Positions 23,601-37,326 of a DNA stretch of 64,000 nucleotides are shown in pieces. A model generated the notes under the pieces. The model was not told where the DNA came from, searched no databases, and was given only the letters and a program-made list of their open reading frames with translations. The stretch comes from Paraphysomonas bandaiensis (lineage: Eukaryota; Protista; Chrysophyceae), in the NCBI GenBank assembly GCA_965644295.1, contig CBFFRP010000129.1:1-64000 (forward strand). The letters run 5' to 3'. Within the stretch, counting starts at the first letter, position 1, and every line of letters begins with the position of its first letter. The translations under genes were made by a program, and so were the position numbers.

Positions 23601-25185
23601 GCTTATGTTTGCTGACGTGTCCACAGCGCTTGTGTAACATCTCTAACGGATCTTCATGCACCTTGTCGGACAAATATACTTCCTCCAGCATTGTCAAATT
23701 TGGAAGATCAAGTATTTCCTGTAAATTTACATAAGGCATTCCGTTGCTTGAGTAGGTTGCCTCCAATACAGTCTCCCCAGTATCAAGTCGCACAACAGTG
23801 GGCTTGTTCAACAACTGCAATCCATACCCGTGAGAACGGAGTATTCCTCCAGAGCAGATATTCTTGACTGATCCAGGGCAGATCTTGATGTCAGTCCAAT
23901 CGCCAAAGCCTCCAGTTTCCTCATAGTGTAAACTGGATCCAGCTCTGGTTGTCTGTATATTTCCATCCTCCTTCTTGACCGTATGAAGGAAATTTCTGTC
24001 CTTAACAATGAACAGTTTATTAGAGGCACAGCTGTCTAAATACACGGGTTCATCGGAAGTGTGTAGCACCTCTTCAGAGACACATGAATCATCATGCGGT
24101 TCCTCATACATAATCATGTTCACAGAGTCCGAATCTTCCTCTTGCTCCTCTCTCCGCAAAAAACGATTCCAATCTGTGCGTTTTGCAGGCTTTTCGTCCA
24201 AAAATGGCCGGTTTTTGTCTCCTTGGGCAGAGTCACTACGTACTTGAGCACGAAATTTGCACTTATACGCACGATGTCTGGTGTCTCCACATACATAGCA
24301 GCCATCTGATTTTTTCTTCTCGTTGTTGTCTCTGCGACTCTCAGATCGATTCCTAGCGCCACGACTCTTTCCCTGCCTTCTTAATTTCGCGATCTTAAGG
24401 TCTCTCTTCTTCTTCCAGCACGATTTCTGTGAGTGACCCCGTTTGCCACATTTGGGATAGCTGCACACCTCATTTTCATCAGCAGTGGAATTCATGTTTA
24501 CTTCGTCGGTGCCTTCTTTCGGGACACCTTTTGCCTGATCGTATCTCCTGCATATGGTGATCATATCAATAAAGGTTATGTCACCTTGTAGGTAGAGATT
24601 GGTGTACAATTGCTCCAAATCGCTTCGTGTTTCGAGGGCAGTCTGTAACTTCGTTTTTTTAGCGATGTCAGTGGGTGGTTCCCCCAACTCGGACATTTTT
24701 TGACAGATGCCGTTTAGTCGATCGATTGCTGCGCACACGAGTTCCCCCGGTAGAATTTTGAATCCTGCAAACTTCTTATTCAATTCAACTAATTCATATT
24801 GGATTTCCCCTCGAAACCGAACAATTAACCTAGAGATGAGTTCACTCGCTAACTGCTCTTTATCAGGATGGTCCTGCGGGAGCATATCCTTTTCCCGGAA
24901 GTACTGATCCACGATCTCAAGGGCTTCAGCGACTGGTTGAACAGCTTCAAATATCGAACTGATGCACGTGTCTTTCCTCTCCAGCCACTTGTCCAGATCC
25001 TCCTTGTACTTATTTCGGACTGTCACTGGCGCATTATTTGCTGGTCTTACTGGACGGTCCTCTAGACCCAGATGGTTCCTGTTCTTCCTCATCAACCACA
25101 CTTTCAGATTCTTTGACCAATTCACTACACCGAACTGATCAAATTTAGGAAGAAGTTTCCACTCCGAACTACTGTCTGCTACCAT
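20602..25185 (-). pseudogene. copia gag-pol with two frameshifting lesions (about 22155 and 21915)
   Basis: Zn knuckles CSYPKCGKRGHSQKSC and CYVCGDTRHRAYKC; protease YLDSCAS; integrase HKRCGH..CKAC, VSVDI, SDGGAE, NGVSERRN; RT KARLVALG, HQLDVSNAF, LYGLRSSPRSW, YVDD; RNase H DADWAGD..RRSTTG, KHIEIKYH, ADIFTK. Confidence 0.92.
25175..25184 (-). other. Primer binding site TGGTAGCAGA (initiator tRNA-Met type)
   Basis: Immediately follows the 5' LTR; complementary to the ...UCUGCUACCA 3' end of many eukaryotic tRNAi-Met. Confidence 0.75.
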
Positions 25186-25504
25186 GTTAGAAATAGACAT
25201 TTTTAGTAATAAGACCTTTGTTAACACTTATATGGAATATTATATAATTATAAGAGATACCATACTTCATTCATTGACGTTCACCAACTCTTTCTATCTC
25301 TACTACACCAACCATTTCTAGTACGATCTTACATCGTCACTATCTTGTACAGTCAGTATATTTCAGTTTTATCACTACAATGGCTATCATATTATTGGTT
25401 CTCATACTACAGCTAGCTACTACTGTATTCTTTGAGTAACGGATATAATTCTAATATCTTGGAAACTACAGCTTTTAATTGCTCACAAACAGCAAAACTC
25501 AACA
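25185..25504 (-). repeat. 5' LTR (320 bp)
   Basis: Identical by eye to 20155-20474. Confidence 0.95.
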
Positions 25505-25509
25505 TACAC

Positions 25510-25769
25510 CTTACTGACTCAAAAATCTTGAAGTCAGCAGAAGTCAGGTATATCAATCTTCTGCTTGCTCACTGCGTTTGCTTTGAGTGATAGAGTGAAA
25601 GTGGTTGCACCTTAGTGCTTGCGGTAACACACAAGCAGCTTTCGTAGCGTTAAAAAGTAGCGTATCAGAATTGAGCGCTAGTTTGTTGTTTGTTCAATTG
25701 CAATGCTGAATTAGTTCTGACGTTCTGACTCTTACACTCCTATTGCTAATAGTAAGACATTCACTACTA
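25510..25769 (+). mobile_element. Dispersed repeat R1 copy B, 3' part
   Basis: CTTACTGACTCAAAAATCTTGAAGTCAG... is colinear with 42362-42580 and ends TATTGCTAATAGTAAGACATTCACTACT. Confidence 0.8.
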
Positions 25770-26109
25770 AGAGGGATCAGATGTTGCATCACGCATCACG
25801 CATCACCACAATTCTTTCTAACAGTGCTGTTTCGCCTGCTGGGTGCTGTGGATAAGATACATGGACTTGGTGGACCAGGGCAATATGCCCTGGTATCACA
25901 ACCCAGACCAATAATTGCAATCACTACATATTCCTTAAGTTTAAACTCCTACTATATAAATATCTTTATTTTTTAGTTATTAACGAGACACCAAAACCGC
26001 CACAACTATCAGTAAGCCGTCAAGTACGCATGAGAGCTGAAATGCTATTCTGTGCCAATTCAGTCATTGATAATATACTTGCTTATTCTGTACCAATACG
26101 TAAAATAAA

Positions 26110-29100
26110 TCACGCCGACTCTTGTGACAGGGTATAGTCTTGTAAACTACCAGATGTCATCACCGGAATAGCTTTGACTTCATCCTGCGTGGCTCCGACC
26201 TTAGTATCTGACTCAGCGCGCTCAGATAATGGGCCACAACCACCGCCACCAGGAGTTAATATTGTCAATCGATCGTGCCTTTTCACGTGAACGGTATTTT
26301 TCCCACCCAAGCTTACAGTTCGACCATCTCCATCATCGCTGTGGATATAGAAAAGATTCATACCACGTGCACCTGGTTCTCCGCCATGTAGGCCGTAAGG
26401 CTGGAAAGCTCGGCGTTCTGAGAGAATACTAACAACCAAATCCTGTGAAATATGCCTTAATCACGGGCACAGAATATACATCGCTGGTGTACCAATCTTA
26501 CCTTCATAAATTCTATTTCTCGCACAACACCGTCACCACCCCTATACTTGCCTCTACCACCCGATCCTTCTCTGAGGGAAAACCTATTTCGAACATCGTA
26601 TAATATCAATTACGGAAATCGGGCTGAGAGGGCTCGACAGTTGATCATTACATAGCACGCTAAAACAAATAGTACCTGCGAAGAATAACGGGATATCTCC
26701 TCTCGAATATCTCTGGATCTGTAATCCGGGTGTTTGTCATATGAGTATGGACCCCAGATGTTCCATTGAACCTGAAAACAAAAGTAAACTACGTCGTCGA
26801 GAGTTTTCAGGCAGCAAGAATACTGACGTGTCACCAGCTCCGGACCCTCCAGCTATAGTTTCGTAGTACCCCATATTCCCGTCCCCAAAAGTGAGGTTAT
26901 TCATGCACCCCTGTAAGACAGCAGAGCTTGAGTCGAAACAATATACGACAAGGTTATCAATCGTACGGTTTGAATGAACACTTTGGAACAATAGATGCAA
27001 TTCGAGTACCTGAGACGCTGCGCATGCTTCAAACGCTCGCAAAATAACGTCTGTTACGCGCTGAGAAGTAAGCACGTTTCCACCCACTACAGCTGCAGTT
27101 TCTGATGGGCAGAGCAGGCATTGTCTACACACAATGTATATTCGACAATTATTATACGATAAAGCAGTACAGAACAGTCTAGATAGCAATGCCTAGTACT
27201 AAAAGAAACAGCACCTTGGAAGGGATATGGTAATTGGCTGCAGGCAACCTTGGTTGAGAGGAATATCAACAATATCAGGAAGTAGGCAGCGTAAGCAATA
27301 AATAACAGCGGAAGTGGTAACTGCACAAAAGTTAACTGTCAAAAAACAATATCAGAGTGCATACTACCTGCTGGAGGAGCGTTCAAGTTCCCATACATCT
27401 CTGGTCCAGTGCCATCAAAATCGAATACCGCGGAACCGGCTTCTTCGTTGATTGATACCTGCAGAGCGAAAGTGATGATAGAGTAACATAGAAACTCTGG
27501 GGAAATGTAGCCATGTGGAAAAGCGACATACTTCTGCAAGCTGTTCAAAACAGCACCATACCTTGAGTCTAATAGGAGTACCGTCATCTAGAAAGTCCTC
27601 CGCCTGAACGTAGCCGTCGCCACCATTGCAATTCAGGTTCCTGCTCTCCGAGAAGTTGCGAAGCATGTTCCTTACGGCACTCTCAGCTGTATTCTGAATG
27701 AATGCCATATATGCTTGAACGACGTCAAGGCCGTACTCTTCAACCTGTACATATCCTTGTCAGATTAAACATTACGTGGGAAACTAACTAATCATACTAG
27801 TATATGTGCACACTATGCCTATACTACACTAAATCCTATAGATACTCTATAACAGTGATCACACAAATGGACGGACCAGTTCATCCATCAAAACTTTGCC
27901 TTTGTTGTTGGCAGCTACTTGAGCAAGAAGATCGCTGATGTTATCAGATAAGTTCCTGGTACCAAAATTGTTCGGAAGCTTTCCTGAGAGTAACATTTCG
28001 ATTTTCACACACAGTGGTTGTCGTAAGGTAATGGAAATATCACCTGGTGCCTTCAGTAGCTCTGATATCGCCTCTTGTTGAAATTTACCCCGTTGAACTA
28101 TTTTGAAAGCTATAATAGCTGCACCTTCCTCTTCCAAGGTCTGTTAATATAATCTTTTAGGAACCATAACCCTGAAACACAGTGTTTGTGAGTTACCTTG
28201 GAGAGAGGAGGCATGGAACCCTGTTACAAACAGAGATATTAGTAAAGTTCACAGAATAATGCTGGCATGTTTACCGGGGCAATCCCACCAATATCGGCAT
28301 GATGGCCTCTAGATGCAACAAAAAACACAATCTTACCACCACTGATGACACAAATCAAACAAACTCGTGCAAATGGTACATAAATATAAACCTGAATATC
28401 GGTGTAATCACAGTGATATCCGGGAGATGACTACCTCCTGCAAGCTGGGGATGGTTCGATAGTAAAACATCGCCATCTTCTATTCCCCCCTCACAGGCCA
28501 CCCCGGGAGTGGAATCGAGTGAATGGGTCTCAGCGTACTCTGCCCAGTGTTTAACTTGATAACGCACCGCTTCTGACATTGCACCTATCAATAATTTATC
28601 GAAGTCCATTATTCTGAGAGCACGTCATAACTGTGATTATACCTAGATGCACCGGCAAGTGTGGGGCATTGGCGACAAGCCCACCCTTCGAGTCAAACAG
28701 AGCGCACGAGAAGTCCAACCGCTCCTTAATATTTACACTAATACTTGTGCGCTGTAAAGTACGTCCCATTTGTTCTGCAATACCCATGAACCTATGTGAA
28801 AATATTGACAAGTAGATTGGGTCCATCACAGTGGAAGATATCGATCGGGACCCAGCAGAGTGAACAGTTATCTCAATGTTACCAGTGCTAAACACATCCG
28901 CTGTACAGTCAGGCTCGATTATAACCGTAGCGACGTCCTGGATTACGATGGCAGGACCAGACACAGAATACTTGGCATTATCGTCCGATTGAATGAGCTG
29001 GTGTAGCATGTACACAGGCGTCTCTACTCTTCCCTCTTCAAAGAACACAGATGCGACCATATGAGGTGAGGGCAATGTCAAGACCTCCATAGTATCGCTA

Positions 29101-31488
29101 TCAAGTGGGGCTGAGTGACCGGAGGCATTGTTATGACCTACAGCACGCACTCGGATGTCGTCCACCAATATGCTCCGGTCCTGGAGTTCAAATCCATATT
29201 CGCGTTTGTAGCAAGAGGCAAATGTCGAGGAGCACTCCTTCACTGCCTCAGTGATATCTGATCCAGCAGAATAGTCCTTCACAGGTGTCATGATGGCAGT
29301 ATCAGTGCCAGAATATCTAACAAAGCAATATGAATATCTATAAACACAAACAAAACCCACACACCTGCAATTAAGGTAACATGTGTGAGTTATATCCTCA
29401 TTAGAAAATCCCTGATCTCTGAGGGTTTTAACCGCAGCATCGGTGAGTATTTCAAGTCTCTCTGAAATAGACTTGAAAGTATCTTCTGCTATCGCCTGGC
29501 CTGAAAAGGGTTCCTGTCGCTCCTCTACAATATCTGCAAGTGACAGTCCATATGCAGAGAGAATACCTGATGCAAAAATGTCACACTTGCACACTGCGCA
29601 ATCAATTTGTACAAAAATCCTACTTGCGGTTAGTAAGTAAACATCAAACACTCACCAGAGTGTCTGTGAACCACGATTTTGCGCATACCAAGACTCTTCG
29701 CAATCGCACAGCAATGTTGCGGACCAGCACCACCAAAACATGCCAGTACATGCTTCGTGACGTCGTACCCCTTCATTGTCGTCAAGTTGCGAATAGGCCG
29801 CGCCATTGCTTCATTGGCAACGCGAATGAAGCCATACGCGACCTCATCAACCGAATAATTCTATCAATTCATCAGATGAGAGTAATTAATACGAGAGAAC
29901 ATTTTCGTACCTGGTCACTCATATCATTGTTAATACGATTAGTGAGCTCTTCGAAAGCAGCCGTCGTGCCTTCTAAATCTAGGGGCTCATTTTCATTCTT
30001 GCCAAATATAGTGGGGAATAAAGAAGGCTGAATGCGTCCCAGCATTAGATTCGCATCCGTCACAGCCAAGTGTCCACCCTTACGATAGCAAACGGGTCCT
30101 AACTAAATATTACCACCACGGTGGAACAAAATACTACTAGCATGCAAAATACTAAGCATGCTTCTCTGCGTACTATACAAGAGTAACATCATGGTATGAG
30201 CTGCACCTGGATGAGCTCCAGCACTCTCTGGTCCCACGACAAATATTCCATTTTTGAAGAATAGTCTAGATCCCCCTCCCGCTGCAACAGTGTTGATATC
30301 TAACTGTGGACTTTGAATTGTTACTCCTACAGAACAGAAAATATCACCACTCCCTCACTTTGAAACGCTGTGGGCGCACACAGTATCATCATACCCACCA
30401 ATGGACATAATCAGGTGTAACCAGCACAAGCTTTGCGACTTACCAGCAGTAGTGGTTTCAAACACATGCTCGAAGGACCCTGCGAAGCGTGACACATCCG
30501 TCGAGGTACCACCCATATCAAATCCAATCACAGGCATTCGAGGTGAGTCAGGGCCTTTCGCTTGGTCCACTGGAATAGAACTGGTCAGTGCATACCCAAC
30601 CACCCCTCCCGCTGGTCCTGAGAGTATAGCGCGATTCCCTAAAAATGACTGCATTGGAGTAAGTCCCCCATCACTCTGCATGAAACTGATTTGCACGTTT
30701 TCTTCCAGTCCCTCGTCAAATCCGGAGCAAAATGATGTCAAGTAATTCTTGATAACTGGTGTTAGATAAGCATCAACACATGTAGTACAAGTCCTTGGGA
30801 CAATTCGAATCATTGGCATAATGTCTGAAGAGAGGCTGATCTGAGTGAAACCCATATCTGTAGCTACCCGCTTAACTACTTCCTCGTGGGCAGGATAGGT
30901 GTAGGAATGCAAGAAAGAAACAGCGATAGATGTAATCCCTTTGTCTAATATACGCTGCAACACCGTCCGCACCTCTGCCTCATCAATTTCTTTTTCAACA
31001 TACACTCGTTCTTGGGATACACCCACGTGCACCCGATTCTCGTCAGCAGGAACATACTCGTCTTCTTTAAGAAGTACTACCCTTTCGTGAATCTCTGCCA
31101 CCACCTCGTATAGTACATCAGGGCGTTTGATATTCAAATCAAAAATTTTTGGTCGGCTCTGGTTACCGATAATCTGAAGATCACGGAAGCCTAGAGTCGT
31201 CAACAATGCGGTCCTCTCGCCTTTTCTCTCTAATAAGGCATTGGTTGCAACAGTTGTGCCCATTCTAATATACTGTATTCTGGATGTATCAACAGGAGCA
31301 TCTCTAGGGTGGGAAATACCCGTTTCTTGTTCGAGAATGCGACGAATGCCTTCAGTAGGTGCGTCTTTGTAGTTTGAGGGGTCTTCACTTAACAGTTTAG
31401 TTACACAGTGTTTGCTACCAGTGTCACAAAAGATATCCGTGAAGGTTCCACCCCTATCAATGGAAAACTTAAAAGTTCTACCAGACAT
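26110..31488 (-). CDS. OPLAH: 5-oxoprolinase (ATP-hydrolysing; hydantoinase A/B fusion); many short introns
   Basis: [142 protein letters not shown]. Confidence 0.96.
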
Positions 31489-32172
31489 GATCACTGTGTA
31501 TATTGATTGGAGAGTGAGTGTTATACTATGCAGTTATGATCTTGTATTAGTGATATCATGTTGCCACAACTCCACCACACGCATCCATCTATTCCTATAA
31601 TCCAGAGGTACTGGATGTACAGCAGAGTACACTGGTACAGTACATCTCTATACAATACCGCAAGAGTGTGTGTATTCTGCATATATTCTGACTTCTTTTT
31701 AGAATACTTTCATTCTTTTTTCCCTCCACAGCAGTATTCTGTCCTGTATTTGACACTGTATTCTATTCAATGTCCCCACTTTTGTGACCAAAAAATTACG
31801 ATATTCAGGTTTCTTGTTCGTAATTATTGGAAATTTCAACCAGCCACTTGGCCTTGTCGTGTACAGTAAACAGTGGATCCTACCAAACAGTATCTGGATA
31901 TCCGGATATCTCATCACACGACAGTCTTTAAAGTATGACAATTTATGTATCCTGTCAGTCACTTTTATTAGAGTGATATCCATATGCGATCTTCTCGTGC
32001 AGTTATTCGATTATTACCCCTCTATTATTCCAGTGCTGTGCAGTCCAATCCCGTCACCCAATACACATACATACATACATATCCCTGTATGGAGTATACC
32101 ACTACCACTATAGCCAGTTTATTCTATATAGCTTACATATATATTCAACTGTGTATATATTAAAATATTTCG

Positions 32173-34352
32173 ATGAATTTGAATGTCTTTTGGTTTCTTC
32201 TCTTATGGCAGTTTGCAGTTGTGGCGAATGAGTCGTGCAGTTTGCAGTGTGCACCGGGTGATACATGTTATGCAGATGGTCGTGTAGCTGTGGAGTGCTT
32301 GCATACTATACCATTTGTTGAGGTGTGCCTTTGAGACTATTTCTTGATACTGATAATATGAATCAGGAATGGGCCAATGCCACTGTCAATGTGCTGGTCG
32401 AGTCACTTAAAAACTTTGGATTTGATGCATTGTATCATTCCACGGGACCACCTTACAGTATATCTCTTAATCTTCAAGAAGAGTTAAGTGCATCGCGTGA
32501 CATGTTAATGAATGGTAGCTTCGTATCGGACTTTGCTTTTCAGGAATATATTCAGAGCATTATCCAGCGAACACATGATTTCCACATGACCTATGCTAAG
32601 CCAGGGTGTTATTCTGTGACATTTATTCAACCATTTTCCTTTGACATGCGGCCTGGCGAGGGCTCACATAAGCATCACCCGTTTGCCAATCAGCCAAAAG
32701 TGTACTTAACTGAAAACCGATTCTCTAAACACTATTCCGAAATCTACCCGAATGTAAACATCGATCATTTAATGGGGAAAGAGATTTTACTCTTAAATAG
32801 TGTAGAGTTTGTGACATCCCTGATGTCTTGGGCAGATAATCATGAAACAATTAGCAATCACCGCAGTGTACGATTTAATTCTGCCCTACGTTCGTATCTG
32901 TATCGCAGTGCCATGTATATAAATATTAATCCTCTTGAGGATATAAACGTAACACTGGTCGATGGAAGTACACACACATTACCATGGATTGCCTCGTATA
33001 CCTCGGATTTTGCTAATATTGAAAAATGTGCAGCAATTGGTAACGGAGTGCGGGATTCGACATCCAATCAATTTCCTGTATCATCGTCGACTACGTTGCC
33101 TGTTTCTAGTAATTATCGTCGCCATAGTTCGCACTGGGATTACCTCCATGCATCGCTCCCATCACATAATTTTCATCTACTTCGACCGGACCGTACCTAC
33201 ATAGTGTCTACTCCGGGCCCAGTTCAATGTTTTATTCAAGCTGTTCACAAAACATCGTCAAAACGACTTGGCATCACGCAAGTGTTAGTTATAAGGTTAT
33301 CGGAATTCACTTCGCCCGGACCGTATCGAACAGTATGGATGAAGTTTTTGCGCCAAATTACAGAATGCTTATCAGTTGATTTTGATATAATACTCATAGA
33401 TGTAATGCAAAATACTGGTGGATATGTATGTCTTGGTAAAATGCTTCTACAACTGCTGGTGAAGGATTTCGCGGATGACCCATCGAAAGCTCAGTTGGTG
33501 TACGATATTCCCCACTCGTTGCTGATGGATAAATATATTAGTACTATCAACCACCACAACCTTTACCCTGATTCCCAAGAGGTGGAACAGATTTTAAATA
33601 TGGAGACACAAATGCCTTTCAAAGATGGAATGGCCTTCTACTACCCTGGGCGTAATGTTACCCAGGGTGGAATAGTATCGTATCGGTCAAACTTCTTTAC
33701 TGTAGACTGTTCGGAGGCACAGAAGCTTGTTCGTTATCCACCGTCAAAATATTTACCACCGGAACGTTTGATTATTCTTACCGATGGGTCATGCGGTAGC
33801 ACATGTGCGACGTTTTCGAAAACACTCCAGGAATCAAGTCGCGCGACGTTTGTTGGTCTTGGAGGTTTGTGGGATGAGCCCATGGATATAGCTTCGTACG
33901 CAGGAGGTGTGGTATGCAATCCCGACTATCTTCACAACATTGCCACCTGGATAAATGCATCATTTCCTAGATTTTTAACTAATCAGAATTGGCAATTTGC
34001 ATGGGCAACTTCTTACAGCGAAAAGCAACCCACTCGACAAACGCAATTTACCATGCAGGAGCCCGATTTTCGAATTCCATTTTGGTCTTTTCCTCATGTG
34101 TCAATTGATGAAGCATTAACTGCGTCACATATATCATCCATGTACGATAATGTTATATCATCCACTCTGGACAGATTAGAATGTCATAATGGGAATAGGT
34201 CTCTCGAATCTCACTGTCCATACTCTACGTCAACAACCTCAATCGTGGTAGTGTGCATTTTCAGCTCTTTTTTAGGAGCTGTTATGCTACATTTGATATC
34301 GATACCATTCCAGCGATCCATATCAACAAGGGACTACATATCTTTGGTGTGA
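32173..34352 (+). CDS. Secreted/membrane-anchored peptidase family S41 (CPAF/tail-specific protease-like); 2 exons (32173-32322, 32367-34352)
   Basis: Signal peptide MNLNVFWFLLLWQFAVVA; ECLHTIPF; DFH; IDVMQNTGGY; IILTDGSCGSTCATF (catalytic Ser); C-terminal TM. Confidence 0.8.
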
Positions 34353-34827
34353 CTATTCTAAAATATCGCCCACAATACTATACCTGAGTAATTAGGGTAA
34401 CCTTAGTCGCATCACAATATGCTTTATGCTTCTGTTCTGTTGAAAAAATATTTTTGATTTTACTACGTTTTGAGGTTTCAATTTACTATTACGTAGGTAG
34501 TGACAGTCAGTTATATGCGAGAATTTGTTTACTTTATCAATGTTTCTGATTGTCGCAGTTTTAATCGGTTAAGTTCTGGCTTCACTAAGTTTATATAATT
34601 TAATTTATAATTTTATCGCACAGTAACTCCAACTACATAATGTGAATATATCCTACAGCAGAATTTGACATTGTATATTGCAATATATTTTTCCCTAGCC
34701 CAGTTATATACTAAATATATACATTTAGGACGAATAGTGGATAAACTTCAAAGTTGTTACTATATTTCAGTATAATTACCATTATTATATGCCAAGTCAC
34801 TGGGATTCGTAAGCTATTTCAGGAATA

Positions 34828-36965
34828 CTAACTTAAGTCAATGCTTCCAAGAACTGAATATCCAGTCGCAACACCACCCTCATTTTCTGTTTCCGCTTTA
34901 ACTCGAAGTAGGTAGCCCGCGTATGAGTTAATAGCCGGCTGAGATGTCGAATCGGAGTTTCCTTGCAAGAATACACTGTATACACCCAGTTCGCATATGC
35001 ATGTCGCCTATACATATCCATGTTAACAAACATATTCATAATCGATATGGCCACTGCACCTGAACAGCATGAGAACGGCGCACTAACACAGCGGACTGGC
35101 TTGGCGGTAAAATCCGCTCCATCATTATGTATGATGTCATCTCTAGATCTGACATTGTGTCCAACGCCGTAACGATATCCTCGCCGTACAAGTTGTTACC
35201 ACCTCCTTCACGCTGCGGTTTCATGACATATTTATGCGGCTCGGCTCGAGCACTTTTCTTCACCTGGGCAACTGCCTCAGCAGAAGAGTCACTAGGATCT
35301 AGGCTAAATAAGCCTGCAAACACCTGCCACGAAGAAAATTAAATAATACACTTGTGTTAAGAGCAACTTGACTATGATATACAAACACTACAGTAATATG
35401 CACCATTATTTATAGACAATACCCGTCGAAGTTGAAAAGTTTCTTCTGCTGACACGAATCGTTCTAGAACCCCAGGTGACGCAAGAGCTTGTTGTACCTA
35501 TAAAGCATCACACACCATTACAAACTACACACTGTATCTTCATGTTAAGTCTGTCCAGAACTTATAATCGGAATTATGCAAACCCTATCAAACGAACACA
35601 TCAAAAATATCAAGTCTCAGCATTTCACCTTTTTAGTTCCCACGAGGTGATAGGCTATATTAGGACATTTCACGGCACAGGATGATTCGATTCTCTGGCG
35701 TGCTGTCCACTCGTTTTCAGACGGGTAGTCAGTTGGAGTATATCCAGCCCTAAAAAAACGCTTAGCATTCAATCCGATGACATTGTATCTGTATCGGGCA
35801 TTCCTCCCATCCACCAAATATACTCGCATACAACCTGAAGTACACCACCGAAATCTCTTGTCCATCCACAGAGAGAACGTGCTCAGTATTTAAGTGGCCC
35901 TTCGCCTCAACTTCTGCAAGAGAGTGGCGTACACACATCACACCATGTCTACAAGTTAATATCAATCGAGTATAAGTCTTCAGTCGCGTAATGCAAATAC
36001 AACACACTTGCGGTAACAATGTCATATTTGCGACTTACCGTTCGAGGAGGGCAAACTGAAGCAGCCACTGATCTGCCACGTTCTTTTCTCCTGGCTGTAT
36101 ACCATTAAACATGATACATAAGTGTTTACGAGATAGAGCCACAAAGATTATGCAACCAATTCTACTCGAGACAGACCTGAACGATCATCATAACAGAAGC
36201 CGCAACTGCTCCTCCTCTCTGTGCGATGTACATACGATGTGCCTCAGCAATCCCGTCTGCAAACTAAAGAAAATACAATCACAAGTATACCTAATAAGCA
36301 TATTCTTCATAACAGAATTACAAGTGCCTTCACTAACTGTATGTAGCGCGTAGAATACCTGATGATGAGCAGAGTTAGGAGGAATACTCATTCCATGGTC
36401 GTGGTATATATTGCGATGCATTTCAGCAACCTGTGTAACGAATGAAACAACTATCCGTTCAGTCTTGACAGTGTACCTTCGAGCTCAGTGACCCAAACGA
36501 TGCTGCTATGGTATTAAGTTCGACTTGCATCAAAGCACGAGAATCGCTCGCAACGTTGTGGAGCATGTAGTCCGATCTATGTAGCCCGAGCGTTATAGAC
36601 TGTCGTTCTCCTTCAGACAAAACTTGCTTGAATATATCCATCATTCTTCCCGTAAACGGGTCGTTTTTTGCAGTCTATAATAAAGCATATCAGAGAATGC
36701 TATGCAATCCTGACATGCGTACATTATCCAGTGTCTCTATCAACCATTTGGCATCTCTCGATACTTTATGCACAAGAGAGTTAAATACAGGGGCAATATT
36801 CTGAGCTTCTGTGAATGCTGCGATGGGATACTTGTAAGGATAGAGTGCAAAGGGCGCGTGTACAGTGGAATCATCATTTGTAGTGTTGCTAACAACGATC
36901 CCGTTAAGCAGAGCCCAATACTTGCACTTCTGAAGATCGAATGAGTTAACAACAAATTCAGACAT
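34828..36965 (-). CDS. GSS: Glutathione synthetase, eukaryotic type; multi-exon
   Basis: [97 protein letters not shown]; stop TAG at 34828. Confidence 0.96.
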
Positions 36966-37165
36966 TGCTGCTACTAGTGATGATCGCTTCGTGGTGAGTG
37001 TATGACTAGGATATACAAGGGTCGGTGATATTACTTCTGGTGTTCAGTGCCCAGGTGTATTCCTATGCATATTCGTAGATGTTTGCACAGAGCATCATAA
37101 CCACATCTGGAGCTCGAAATAGTAATACATTTATATAACTAATAATATTGCTCATCTACATGCAA

Positions 37166-37238
37166 GCCGGGCTAGCTCAGTCGGTAGAGCGCAGGACTCT
37201 TAATCCTGTGGTCGTGGGTTCGAGCCCCACGTTCGGTG
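37166..37238 (+). tRNA. tRNA-Lys(CTT)
   Basis: Full cloverleaf GCCGGGC...GTTCGGTG; anticodon arm CAGGA-CT-CTT-AA-TCCTG; TAGCTCAGTCGG A box; GGTTCGAGCCC B box; downstream T6 terminator. Confidence 0.96.
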
Positions 37239-37326
37239 CATTACTTTTTTGCTTTTCATCCTTAAATAAAATATAAAAGTTGTACTCTATATATCATAAA
37301 TTTTGGCTTTGTTAAGTATCTGACAT

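Larger units (their letters stand above)
20155..25504 (-). mobile_element. Ty1/copia LTR retrotransposon with both LTRs intact (5350 bp), 5-bp TSD TACAC, defective pol
   Basis: TG..CA LTRs at 20155-20474 and 25185-25504; TACAC at 20150-20154 and 25505-25509; domain order gag-PR-IN-RT-RH; PBS and PPT present. Confidence 0.97.

Noticed and set aside
26110-36965. Non-canonical introns or an alternative genetic code behind the fragmented ORFs
   Set aside because: Every junction I reconstructed resolves with GT-AG introns, and TAA, TAG and TGA are all used as stops.
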